A DNA stretch of 63,036 nt, filler included, from Octopus bimaculoides (lineage: Eukaryota), in assembly GCF_001194135.2 (NCBI RefSeq). It is 6 parts of 4 records of this genome, joined end to end, with 100 filler letters (N's around TTAATTAATTAA, not from the genome) between each part and the next. Parts side by side here need not be neighbours in the genome. Positions count along the whole stretch, not along the records: positions 11,082 to 37,682 come from NC_068981.1; positions 37,783 to 46,808 come from NC_068981.1; 4 more parts are not named here. One strand, written 5' to 3'. Position numbers and translations under genes: made by a program. The notes beneath the pieces are model-generated. The model searched no databases. It was not told the origin of the DNA and saw only the letters and a list, made by a program, of their open reading frames with translations. Shown here piece by piece: positions 27,149-38,766 of the stretch (positions are counted from its first letter, which is position 1; the number at the start of each line of letters is the position of its first letter).

Positions 27149-28530
27149 GCATAAACAGAAACAGACATACACACACAAGAACTAACATGTGCACATAGCA
27201 AACGCAGTTAAACATATGTATGTGTCTAAACAGACAACTGCATGTATAAGTGCATACTATTATATATATATATATGTATATATGTATACAATTATGTATA
27301 TATGTGTTAGTATATATACATACATATATATTTATGTATATATGAATTATTATATATATATACACATATATATATATATATATTTATATATGTATATATA
27401 TATATATGTATATATGTATATATATACTACATATATATGCATGCGTACATACACACATGCATATTCACATATATATAAACACACATACAATCAGACGCAC
27501 AGGTACATACATACATACATATGTATATATATACGCATACATGTACGTGTAAATATATCGCTTAGAGTTTTAATATAGCGTATATATATATATATATATN
27601 NNNNNNNNNNNNNNNNNNNNNNNNNNNNNNNNNNNNNNNNNNNNNNNNNNNNNNNNNNNNNNNNNNNNNNNNNNNNNNNNNNNNNNNNNNNNNNNNNNNN
27701 NNNNNNNNNNNNNNNNNNNNNNNNNNNNNNNNNNNNNNNNNNNNNNNNNNNNNNNNNNNNNNNNNNNNNNNNNNNNNNNNNNNNNNNNNNNNNNNNNNNN
27801 NNNNNNNNNNNNNNNNNNNNNNNNNNNNNNNNNNNNNNNNNNNNNNNNNNNNNNNNNNNNNNNNNNNNNNNNNNNNNNNNNNNNNNNNNNNNNNNNNNNN
27901 NNNNNNNNNNNNNNNNNNNNNNNNNNNNNNNNNNNNNNNNNNNNNNNNNNNNNNNNNNNNNNNNNNNNNNNNNNNNNNNNNNNNNNNNNNNNNNNNNNNN
28001 NNNNNNNNNNNNNNNNNNNNNNNNNNNNNNNNNNNNNNNNNNNNNNNNNNNNNNNNNNNNNNNNNNNNNNNNNNNNNNNNNNNNNNNNNNNNNNNNNNNN
28101 NNNNNNNNNNNNNNNNNNNNNNNNNNNNNNNNNNNNNNNNNNNNNNNNNNNNNNNNNNNNNNNNNNNNNNNNNNNNNNNNNNNNNNNNNNNNNNNNNNNN
28201 NNNNNNNNNNNNNNNNNNNNNNNNNNNNNNNNNNNNNNNNNNNNNNNNNNNNNNNNNNNNNNNNNNNNNNNNNNNNNNNNNNNNNNNNNNNNNNNNNNNN
28301 NNNNNNNNNNNNNNNNNNNNNNNNNNNNNNNNNNNNNNNNNNNNNNNNNNNNNNNNNNNNNNNNNNNNNNNNNNNNNNNNNNNNNNNNNNNNNNNNNNNN
28401 NNNNNNNNNNNNNNNNNNNNNNNNNNNNNNNNNNNNNNNNNNNNNNNNNNNNNNNNNNNNNNNNNNNNNNNNNNNNNNNNNNNNNNNNNNNNNNNNNNNN
28501 NNNNNNNNNNNNNNNNNNNNNNNNNNNNNN

Positions 28531-28558
<28 letters not shown>

Positions 28559-28562
<4 letters not shown>

Positions 28563-29821
28563 GCTGGTGCAAAAGTAATGTCTGGTAAAAATGTATAAGC
28601 CAATGACTATGGAAATATTTATTCATTAACATACTCTCGATTGCTTTCAGTGACCTCATTCCATCTTTCAACAACCTTATATATGCCTCGCTTGTAAAAT
28701 TTTGTAGGTTTAGAACCAAAATATGAATCCAACTCATTTTCAATCTCTCATATCTTGCTGTTAACCTAAGTCTATCAAAATGAGGCAGTATTTCCCAATC
28801 AAGTTCTTCCACGAGAGTTTTGGTCAGTCGAGCTGTGTGAGGACGAGCATTATCGCGATGGAAGATGACACCCTTTCTGTTAACCAAGTATGCTCGCTTT
28901 TGGCACAGAACTGTTTTCAAACGACGAAGTTGCTCACAGTAAAGATTAGCATTAATTGTTTGGTATGTTGTCCAACACTTCATAATGGATTACTCCTTTA
29001 ATATCCCACCATACACTCAACATGATCTTCTTTGGCTGAAGTCCTGCTCTCGGTTGTTGAATATTAGCTATTCGATGTCGCTTGGTCGAATGCGTATTTT
29101 AATTATTAGCCCTCTCAAATTTACAATTCAAATTTCACACTCGACTGATTCAAGAATGGCGGAGTTTAGCATTATGGTAAAGAATCCACTTCTCATGACC
29201 TGTAACAAGCCTGTCTATAATTGTTGCTTGAAAGTGTCGTGAAAGCAATGATTGACAAAAAGCAGCACGCTGCGGTCGATTCTCTGGAAACAGCTCGTGA
29301 AGGACCCATTTTCCAGCCACTGAAACCTTTCCAATGTGTTTTAGCTGGCGCACCACGGTTGCATGGGCCACGTTTAGCTGTTTTTCAAGTTCCCTATTGA
29401 TACCGTTATCCATAGGGAACTTGATTGATAACGGAATCAAGTCTTTTGGACGCCCCTCTTTTGGCTCTTCTTTCAAAGTGAAATCTCCACTTCGGAAACG
29501 GGAAAACCACCTCCTGCAACTTCTTTCATTTACTATATCATGCCCATAAATGCTTTGAATAGATCTTGCTGCTGCACTTGCATTAACGCCTTTATAAAAC
29601 TCTTAGAGTAAAACGTTCCTTCTGTGATCTTTAGATGGGACAAACATGGTGGTAAAATTTTCTGAGAATTATGGCCAAAAGTTAGTTGATCTAAAAGATG
29701 ATTTAATAGTACAAAATAGACACAGATATATCTTAAAACTATAAGAAGATGTTTAAAAATTGATAAATTTGCTTTGAAACATTTTTTCTAGAAATCGGAC
29801 CTTATTTTTGCACCAACCTGA
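28559..29821 (-). mobile_element. Near full-length decayed mariner element (1263 bp)
   Basis: TIRs TCAGGCTGGTGCAAAAGTAATG and CTTATTTTTGCACCAACCTGA, flanked by TA. Broken transposase with WVLHEL, VTGHEKW, PKKIMLSVWWD and HRDNARPH; the third-Asp YSPDLAPSD region is missing. Confidence 0.92.
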
Positions 29822-30932
29822 TATATATGTATACNNNNNNNNNNNNNNNNNNNNNNNNNNNNNNNNNNNNNNNNNNNNNNNNNNNNNNNNNNNNNNNNNN
29901 NNNNNNNNNNNNNNNNNNNNNNNNNNNNNNNNNNNNNNNNNNNNNNNNNNNNNNNNNNNNNNNNNNNNNNNNNNNNNNNNNNNNNNNNNNNNNNNNNNNN
30001 NNNNNNNNNNNNNNNNNNNNNNNNNNNNATAGAATTTTTGTATAATGTTACCGACAAAGGTTATTTTAACATACCGAACTACTTGGTAAATTATTAATTA
30101 TTAATTGATTAATTAATTCTACCCTTTATTATTATTGAAAATATAATTCACTCCCTGATAGTATACTGCAGTTTCTGCGGGATTACTCGTAACACACGTC
30201 GGTGATTGGGGAAGAATGCGAGTTCTCACTCGTCTGTATAAATTCGGAAGTGCTGGTTTTTGAATATTAGCTATTCGATGTCGCTTGGTCGAATGCGTAT
30301 TTTAATTATTAGCCCTCTCAAATTTACAATTCAAATTTCACACTGAAGACGGAAATAAGTGAGTAAAATTAAAATTTTATATCTCTTTAATCTAGAAACG
30401 TGTATGTAGTTGATCAAATGCATATATGCGTACACGCATATATGCATGCATAAATACATACGTACATTGATATATACATACATGGAGGTATGCCTACATA
30501 CATACATGCATACATAGATGAATATATACATACATCGATACATGCATGCATACATACATTGATAAATACATGCATACACACATACAAACATACATACATA
30601 CTTACATTTTTAAAAACATCTAAATCGCGAACCAAAAACATGTTTAAATGACCAAAAATTTTACGAAATTCAATAATATCCAAAATGATCAGCGAATAAT
30701 ATAAAAAATGTGGATCAACATGTTTAAAGGATTAAATGTTCGCAAAATTCAATATTATCAGAAGTGATCGGGGAAGAATATAAAAAATGTGGCTCACCTA
30801 AATTTCAATCATACTAAGTTAAGAGAGGGAAGAAAAAAGAAAATAAGAAAGTAAAGAAAAGGGGTTTTGTTACAGTATATGTCACCTTGTATTCTTTTTT
30901 CCGTCGGGTGTAGAGCTTTTGGATAGATAGAT

Positions 30933-30988
<56 letters not shown>

Positions 30989-30989
30989 G

Positions 30990-31025
<36 letters not shown>

Positions 31026-31352
31026 TGCGATCATGAGGACGTGCACACTCACGTACTTATGTGCTCACACTTACTATTGTTACTGCTCTCAATTACAGGT
31101 TGTCGGTCATGCTGTGGTACACAATTCAGAATTTTTTTTATCGATTAGACCATCGTTGCCATATTGGCTTCAGATAACAAAATCAGTCATATTTGCAAAT
31201 GTGCATTTGTAGTGTAACACATATAAGTATATTGACCGATATGCCGGATAGCTAAACGACTTTTACACAGTCACTTTTCCCTCTCTGTCCCTCTCCATCT
31301 CCTTCTTTCTTGCTAGACATATCTTCTTCAGCCCATTTTGTCCATCTCTTCG

Positions 31353-31437
<85 letters not shown>

Positions 31438-31799
31438 TACACTCTTGCTCCTGCTCATTTTTTTATTCATCTTTCTTTATCCTTCGTCACATCCATCATT
31501 TGTGTATCTTTTAAAACAGTCACTTTACAAAATATACATCATGCTGTAAATATCGATATTTCCGACACGGAACCCTCTTTAATATCGATCATTGGCTAAT
31601 ATCTTAGACAAACTTAGAACGCCAATGTCAGAAGATAGTCAAGAATATGTGAAGTTTTTGACGTTTATGCAAAACATATTTGTTTAGTTTACATCTGCTT
31701 CAGATTTATGTCTCTTCAGTTGAAATGTTTGCAGACATGTCTGCGAATATTCCCATAACCACAAAATAATACTTCGCTCCAGTGTGTGTAACCTATTTT

Positions 31800-32760
31800 C
31801 TTTTTAATGACGAAGTCAACGGAGAAATGTCAACACCTGTCAACCTTTTTCGAGCATCTATGTCATGAGGGATGAAGGGTGGATTGGTAGAATTGGTTAT
31901 CAAACTGAAGATCAGACTCAAGCGTAGGCATCAGATTTGGTTCCGCCAAAGTCACCTACCAACCAGCTAATGGTATTAGACTAAGCAATGCAGTAATTGG
32001 AGTAACTCTTCCGGTGTGCTTCCACACAGTTTCCCTTTATCAGCTTTCAGTCGAAATTATATTAAAAATTAATGACACCCACACATTGTTCTGTTGATGA
32101 GTTATGTTGATGAGTTAGATCTTGGTAATCTAAGCAACATCAAAAGCAATTAGAATTAATCACATGAAGGAAGGGAGCTTGTGCAAGAAAAAGGTTCATA
32201 CATGATAGTCAACCGAGGAAGGATTGTTGACCACACAGAGAACATGTTCATCAACGGCTTGTCTATCTCCCCTTTAAGGATAAAAGCTACAATAATCTCG
32301 GAATCGATGAAAATGTTGCATACGTTGGTGTTGTGACTAAAGTCAGAATAACAAAAGTGAACTTCTGCTGACTCCGAAAAATATGTAACTCGGAGTTATC
32401 TGCATCTTAACTAGACCATATCTCACAATGCTTTTGCAGTACCGTTGCTAGTACTAACATTTGGGATATTGGTCTCGACAATCGATGAGACGCAAAACGC
32501 ACCAACTTCAACTTTAAAATTTGCAAACACTGGGAACTCACTTAACTCAAAATGTCTTGTCACTTTGTTCGCGAGCGGCTTGATCTCTCTTAGGAAGAGC
32601 TTCAATAAAACTCAAAGAATAACATACATACATACATACATACATACATACATCTCCTGCTGTCGATGTTGAATTTCCAATGAAGGAGCCTTGGATCTAG
32701 GTTAGAAACCGGCTCTTTCTTTATTGGCAAAAAATCTTGAAATAAAACTAAATGACATAC
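31800..32760 (+). mobile_element. RLE non-LTR retrotransposon of the (CATA)n-associated family: RT fragment plus 3' UTR
   Basis: SAKVTYQ..., degenerate FVDE (YADD box), YMIVNRGRIV, SYNNLGIDENVAYVG, NAFAVPLLVLTFGIL. Its 3' UTR (gtcgatgttgaatttccaatgaag...gaaataaaac...atgacatacat) is shared with 42825-42937. Confidence 0.75.
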
Positions 32761-33855
32761 ATACACACACACGTACATACATACATGCATACATACATAC
32801 AGAAATGAAATGCTTTGGGTAGTGCACAGAATGGTAAACTGGTAATAATAATAAAGTTTGTTGGAAGAAATGAATGAATTACTTTCTTTGCACGCAGGTA
32901 TAGAAAGTCGTCAAATTTTCTAAGAATATAAGAATTTGGAGACCGTGCATGTACAAAGGAACAATTCCTTCATTTCTTTGCTTTTAACAAGCCTTATTTT
33001 TACCACTGGGTGTATGCGTGTGTGTATGTGTGTGTGTTTGCCTATATGTGTGTGTGTTTGCCTATATGTGTGTGTCTGAGTGAGAGAAAGAGAGAGAGAA
33101 TGCGTGTGCGCGCGTGAACAATGAGATAGATGAATAAATAAACCAAAATAATCCTCAACAAATCTTACTAAGTTGGCCAATATTTTCCTTATAATTTTAC
33201 AATGTTCTCATTTCATAATTAGCATAATTATCACTGATAATTGTTATTTATATTAATGTTTAAATTATATTATTACATTATTTAAATTTTATTCATCGAT
33301 TTATTTGCATTGTTCAGGAAATATTTGATATTTTAGTAGTTTTTAGTCATATATTAATATTTCTTGTAATTTATTTATTATTTTTTTTTTTAAGTTTCAC
33401 TCGTTTTAGTTTTTCGTGAGTGTGAAGAAAATGCTCACATCTTGATTATTTGAATTTGTATTGGCTAATTTTACCAGAATATATTCAGTAACAAATTTAC
33501 ATTTCCTTCTGTTTGTCAGCTCATACGTGTGTATGATTGTCTGTTGGTAACAGAGTGTAGAAATGAGGGAAAAAACATAATGAAAGAGAGAGGCACAGAA
33601 AATACTAAATTTTTATTCATATAAAAATCTATTCACTGTGCATGAGCAATTAATGATGAAATCCCGTATGGCATTTCGTAACTTTCTTCTCATTGGCTAC
33701 GTTATTTAAAAACACCGCCATATACCGAATAAATTGTAACCAAGCGATGTATTCAAAGATAAAAACTACGATGGAAATAATTTGTTTTGATACTCGACTT
33801 TCAGATCTAAGAGCTGAGTAGAGTGAGTGCAATAACTGAAACATAAATATACATA

Positions 33856-34021
33856 GGTGCAGGAGTGGCTGTATGGTAAGTAGCTTGCTTACCAACCACA
33901 TGGTTCCGGGTTCAGTCCCACTCCGTGGTACCTTGGGCAAGTGTCATCTACTATAGCCTCGGGCCGACCAAAGCCTTGTGAGTGAATCTGGTAGACGGAA
34001 ACTGAAAAGAAGTCCGTCGTT
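33856..34021 (+). mobile_element. SINE family B, 5' half
   Basis: GGTGCAGGAGTGGCTGTATGGTAAG...CCGGGTTCAGTCCC...GAAGTCCGTCG, then interrupted by the hammerhead-bearing segment. Confidence 0.82.
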
Positions 34022-34084
34022 TATATGTATATATATGGCTGATAGTTAGCAAGGTGAGACACACATAAGAAAGAAGGAAACAAA

Positions 34085-34129
34085 GGACCACTGATGAGGT
34101 CACAGAAGTGTGACGAAAGAACTTTGGCC
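34085..34129 (+). ncRNA. Candidate minimal type I hammerhead ribozyme (Penelope-type)
   Basis: GGACCA-CTGATGA-G-GTCACA-GAAG-TGTGAC-GAAA-GAAC-TT-TGGCC. It has both core boxes, a 6-bp stem II, stem I GG(A)CCA/TGGCC and a minimal stem III. The cleavage triplet (CUU) is suboptimal. Confidence 0.55.
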
Positions 34130-35197
34130 GAAATAAGATTAAGATTAATGTAATATAAAGCTGAAGTAAATTAACACCAAATATACAGTGCGTGTGTTTT
34201 TATTGGCTAAACTGGCAATATGACCATCCCCAAGTACAACAACATNNNNNNNNNNNNNNNNNNNNNNNNNNNNNNNNNNNNNNNNNNNNNNNNNNNNNNN
34301 NNNNNNNNNNNNNNNNNNNNNNNNNNNNNNNNNNNNNNNNNNNNNNNNNNNNNNNNNNNNNNNNNNNNNNNNNNNNNNNNNNNNNNNNNNNNNNNNNNNN
34401 NNNNNNNNNNNNNNNNNNNNNNNNNNNNNNNNNNNNNNNNNNNNNNNNNNNNNNNNNNNNNNNNNNNNNNNNNNNNNNNNNNNNNNNNNNNNNNNNNNNN
34501 NNNNNNNNNNNNNNNNNNNNNNNNNNNNNNNNNNNNNNNNNNNNNNNNNNNNNNNNNNNNNNNNNNNNNNNNNNNNNNNNNNNNNNNNNNNNNNNNNNNN
34601 NNNNNNNNNNNNNNNNNNNNNNNNNNNNNNNNNNNNNNNNNNNNNNNNNNNNNNNNNNNNNNNNNNNNNNNNNNNNNNNNNNNNNNNNNNNNNNNNNNNN
34701 NNNNNNNNNNNNNNNNNNNNNNNNNNNNNNNNNNNNNNNNNNNNNNNNNNNNNNNNNNNNNNNNNNNNNNNNNNNNNNNNNNNNNNNNNNNNNNNNNNNN
34801 NNNNNNNNNNNNNNNNNNNNNNNNNNNNNNNNNNNNNNNNNNNNNNNNNNNNNNNNNNNNNNNNNNNNNNNNNNNNNNNNNNNNNNNNNNNNNNNNNNNN
34901 NNNNNNNNNNNNNNNNNNNNNNNNNNNNNNNNNNNNNNNNNNNNNNNNNNNNNNNNNNNNNNNNNNNNNNNNNNNNNNNNNNNNNNNNNNNNNNNNNNNN
35001 NNNNNNNNNNNNNNNNNNNNNNNNNNNNNNNNNNNNNNNNNNNNNNNNNNNNNNNNNNNNNNNNNNNNNNNNNNNNNNNNNNNNNNNNNNNNNNNNNNNN
35101 NNNNNNNTATATATATATATATATATGAATGTATGTATGTATATATGTATGTGTATGTATGTATGTATAATAAAATAATGATAATAATAATAATACA

Positions 35198-35667
35198 TGT
35201 TATCACGACCACAAACCTGAAGGCATAATCGAAAATAGAAATGCAAAGATCCTATGAGATTTTATGATTCAATGCGACCATGAGATAGAGAATAGGAAGC
35301 CGGACATAGTCTGAATTGAGAAAGGAAACAGACTATGCTGAATCAGAGATATAGCATGCCCAGCTGACAACAAGGTATGCGATAAGAAAGAAAGAAAGGG
35401 TGAGAGATATGACAGGTTAGCTTGGGAAGTTAGGCAGTTGGGAAGTCAATTGTCGGAGCCCTGGTAAGAGTGAGTAAAAATCTCGAGAAGTACGTGGAAC
35501 AAATAGGGGATGCAATAAGGGTGGAGCACTTACGGAAAACAGTACTACTTGGAACCGCTCGAATACTCCGGAAGGTGATCGAAAAATAAGAGATGTTACC
35601 TTAGTTCACAGCTAGTGGAACAGCTGACACTGTAGTACATCTCCAGCCTGAGAAGCTGTGCAAAGAC
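35198..35667 (+). mobile_element. R4/Dong-like RLE 3' fragment, family A
   Basis: HKPEGIIENRNAKIL*DFMIQCDHEIENRKPDIV...DIACPADNK...KTVLLGTARILRKVIEK*. It has (AAT)n on both sides (35168-35195 and 35668-35745). Confidence 0.88.
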
Positions 35668-35671
35668 AATG

Positions 35672-35745
<74 letters not shown>

Positions 35746-35748
<3 letters not shown>

Positions 35749-36014
35749 AAAAACAGAAACAATTCCTATCATAGTAGGTGCCTTAGGTATAATAAAAAAA
35801 TATTCAGACAAATACATAACAAAAACACCAGGACTTACAAATATATATGACATACAGAAAATTGCACTACTGGGTACTGCACATATTCTACGCAAAACAC
35901 TTTCAATACAGTAAACATAAGAGCACCACAGCAAACCACAGCACATACCCAAGGCGCACAGAGCTGCGCTCGGTAGTGAAGTGAAAGCACGTTATAAAAA
36001 TAAAACTACTGAAC
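35746..36014 (+). mobile_element. R4/Dong-like RLE 3' fragment, family B
   Basis: LKTETIPIIVGALGIIKK...KIALLGTAHILRKTLSIQ* with a 3' UTR different from family A. It has (AAT)n on both sides. Confidence 0.88.
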
Positions 36015-36079
<65 letters not shown>

Positions 36080-36096
36080 TAATAATAATAATAACA

Positions 36097-36255
36097 ATCT
36101 TTTCTCCTGAAGGCACATGGCCTAAAATTTGTGGGGATTACATCGATGCCGTGTTTCAAATGCTACTTAATTTATCGACACAGAAAGGATGAAAGGCAAC
36201 GATGACCTCGGCGGAATTTGAACTCAGAACAAAGCGGCGTGTGAAATAAGACGGC
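36097..36255 (-). mobile_element. SINE family A; its tail merges with the 36015-36095 array
   Basis: Plus strand shows GACCTCGGCGGAATTTGAACTCAGAAC, homologous to 5921-6135. Confidence 0.72.
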
Positions 36256-37068
36256 AAATCTGAATGTTTCTATCACATTTGACTTCATTAGCACAGCGTT
36301 GCCCTATCTTGAATCAAAAGAGAACATGCATGGCTTGATGTCGTTTGCATACTTTAGAGTTGCTATAGATTAGTATTTGACCGACAAATAAACTCAATTT
36401 TTAATAGGCTATTTTTCGTGGATATATTTGTTTCGTGATTCACCATTCTTAAAACGTATTATTTCATGTTCTTAAAGATTCTGAATTCTATGATATCAAC
36501 AATATGTACACCCCACCACACACACACACGCACCCACATTTGCATATGTGCTAAGGGGTACTCAGTTCACATCTAACGTGAACTGAGTATCTGTCATACA
36601 AATAACTCGAGTAGCACATATTATTCTAAATAACCCAGTTCTTCAATTGCTTCATGAATAGACACCTCATATTTTATAATGCCACAAATATAGACGGTCG
36701 CCCTATCCACAGGGATATTATGCTATACCTTCCGTACTGATTAATGTTTCATATAAATATATTTAATAGATCACATTGATTTATTGAGATTGTAAGAGAG
36801 AGAGAGAGAGACGAGATACATACTGTTAGACTTTGAGCTAACCTTTAAACGACTGTACGGTTTATATCTATACTCGCTCATCAAGCTGACAGTTAATATT
36901 TATCTTTAATTTCATGTTACTTATGTCTATGACAACAGTTTAATGACAGTAAACATAAAGTAATCTATGGTCCCATTGACAAAACTCTCTAGAGGTAACT
37001 AGACTTTAAAAAAGGAATCGCCAGTACGTGTAGATTAATATTAAATGACATTTCTGTTTTTCTTTCAG

Positions 37069-37127
37069 ACAATACGATGAGGTATTTAGGAAGAATATAC
37101 AAAATATATTCATTTACGCATGTATAG
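37069..37127 (+). CDS. Candidate plus-strand exon, unknown product
   Basis: Strong acceptor atttctgtttttctttcag and donor ATAG|gtaatg. One open frame QYDEVFRKNIQNIFIYACI, phase 2 to 1, compatible with the 47880 exon. Confidence 0.25.
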
Positions 37128-37148
37128 GTAATGATATACTGAAGTCAA

Positions 37149-37195
<47 letters not shown>

Positions 37196-37261
37196 CTTTT
37201 AATATATCACTACTTCTTTTATTATTACTAACAACACTAATAAAACTACAGCAAGAAGTAT

Positions 37262-37466
37262 TCATTATTATTATTTGCATAAATGATAATAATAATCCTT
37301 TCTGCAAATGGCACGTAACCTGAAATTTTGGGGAGGGAGCTAGTCGATTAATTTGACCCCTCAGTGCTCAACTTGTGTCTATGTTATCGTAAAGAGCGTA
37401 CGCACGGGCAAAATGTCGCTAAGCATATTGCCCGGCGTGCTAAGGATTCTGTCACTTCCTCGCCTT
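37262..37466 (-). mobile_element. SINE family A, internally deleted
   Basis: Head AAGGCGAGGAAGTGACAGAA...CACGCCGGGC and 3' part CCCTCCCCAAAATT with an (ATT)n tail. Confidence 0.7.
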
Positions 37467-37500
37467 AATAACAATAGCTAAAACAATAATAATAATAATG

Positions 37501-37564
<64 letters not shown>

Positions 37565-37600
37565 TAATAATAATAATAATAATAACAATAATAATAATAA

Positions 37601-37682
37601 TCTGGCATTATCAATGAAGGTAGCCACAATTGGCCTAGACACCTATATGAAAAACTCTGAGGACTGGATGCTAAAACTTGTC
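37601..37682 (+). mobile_element. Short R4/Dong-like RT fragment starting at a (TAA)n array
   Basis: Reads ...MKVATIGLDTYMKNSEDWMLKL directly after the 37480-37600 (AAT)n array, then is cut by a gap. Confidence 0.55.
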
Positions 37683-37950
37683 NNNNNNNNNNNNNNNNNN
37701 NNNNNNNNNNNNNNNNNNNNNNNNNNTTAATTAATTAANNNNNNNNNNNNNNNNNNNNNNNNNNNNNNNNNNNNNNNNNNNNATATATATATATATATGC
37801 ATACATACATACACACATAAATACATACATACATACATACATACATACATACATACACGTCCAACACCTTCTAATATTATTTCTGCGTTCCAAATTTCAG
37901 TTTAAAAACACAGGATGCTACTATTCGAAGAGATCGTTTTAATCTTGAGA

Positions 37951-37956
37951 TTTATT
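37951..37956 (-). terminator. Candidate polyadenylation signal (AATAAA) of the calmodulin-like gene
   Basis: Plus-strand tttatt, 20 nt downstream of the TAA stop at 37976-37978. The motif is common in AT-rich DNA, so position is the only support. Confidence 0.4.
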
Positions 37957-37975
37957 ATTATCAATAAAAACTAAA

Positions 37976-38007
37976 TTAAACGTAATTAAGAAACATTTCC
38001 CGAAAAT
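37976..38007 (-). CDS. Calmodulin-like protein, probable terminal coding exon
   Basis: Acceptor atctgctcttccag|AT after a 59-nt intron. Translates (D)FREMFLNYV*, aligning to calmodulin EFVQMMTAK*. AATAAA lies 20 nt past the stop. The intron is short, so an alternative terminal exon is possible. Confidence 0.72.
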
Positions 38008-38066
38008 CTGGAAGAGCAGATTCGATAGTTCTTCGACGAGTGAAATTAATTCCACTCATTGCTTAC

Positions 38067-38130
38067 CGTTATAGTCAACCTGACCGTCACCGTTTAAATC
38101 TGCTTCTTTTACCATTACTTCTACTTCGTC
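38067..38130 (-). CDS. Calmodulin-like protein, exon encoding the EF-hand 4 helix and loop
   Basis: Acceptor tatccattttcag|GAC and donor G|gtaagc; 64 nt, phase 0 to 1. Translates DEVEVMVKEADLNGDGQVDYN. The phase-1 intron is at the calmodulin-conserved position. Confidence 0.93.
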
Positions 38131-38352
38131 CTGAAAATGGATACAAATGTTAAAACTCAGCAAGAATTCAGTTATAACATTTGAAATAAAATTATTCATA
38201 ATTAAATGCTAAGAAAATTTCATTAAATTACATTCTGTTACAGTAGTGGCTTGACATCTAAATATACTAACTATTTATACCTTTGGTATTTAGAAGACAG
38301 GTCAATCGGCCGGTAATTAACACACATACACACGTATATATANNNNNNNNNN

Positions 38353-38766
38353 AAGTCTTTTACGTTTCGAGCCGACAGAAAGGAACACAGAAATAAATAG
38401 GGGGGGGATAGAAAAAAGGTTTAGTGGCTAGAGATCTATCATGGCGAATGCCGGACAGAGGACTCACACAGGAGAGCTAGGAAGAAGGGGTGATAATAAA
38501 GTAGTGTATGTGAGAGCGTGTATGTGAGAGCGTGTATCTGCGTGTGACATTGACGTGAACGTGTTTGCATGTGTAGGTCTGTAGATGATGATGTAAGTGG
38601 TGGGAAGTGGTCAATGCTAGTGTGTGCGGAGTGGTGTGATGTGGTGTGGTGTGGTATGGTGATGTGTGGTGTGGTGGTATAGGGGTGTTTCAGTGTCGGA
38701 GAGGCGAGAGTGTGGAAAGCAAGGGTGGGGGTCTAAGGGATGGGGTGGGGTGGGATGGGATGTATA
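38353..38766 (-). mobile_element. Penelope-like 3' / pseudo-LTR region
   Basis: C-rich minus-strand tract similar in character to 46730-46808, ending in GCTCGAAACGTAAAAG (the GAAAC half of a hammerhead; the CUGANGA half is absent). Bounded by gaps. Confidence 0.45.

Noticed and set aside
30637-30795. Two diverged ~80-bp tandem units
   Set aside because: The duplication is real but is only two AT-rich, diverged copies with no structure or coding signal.
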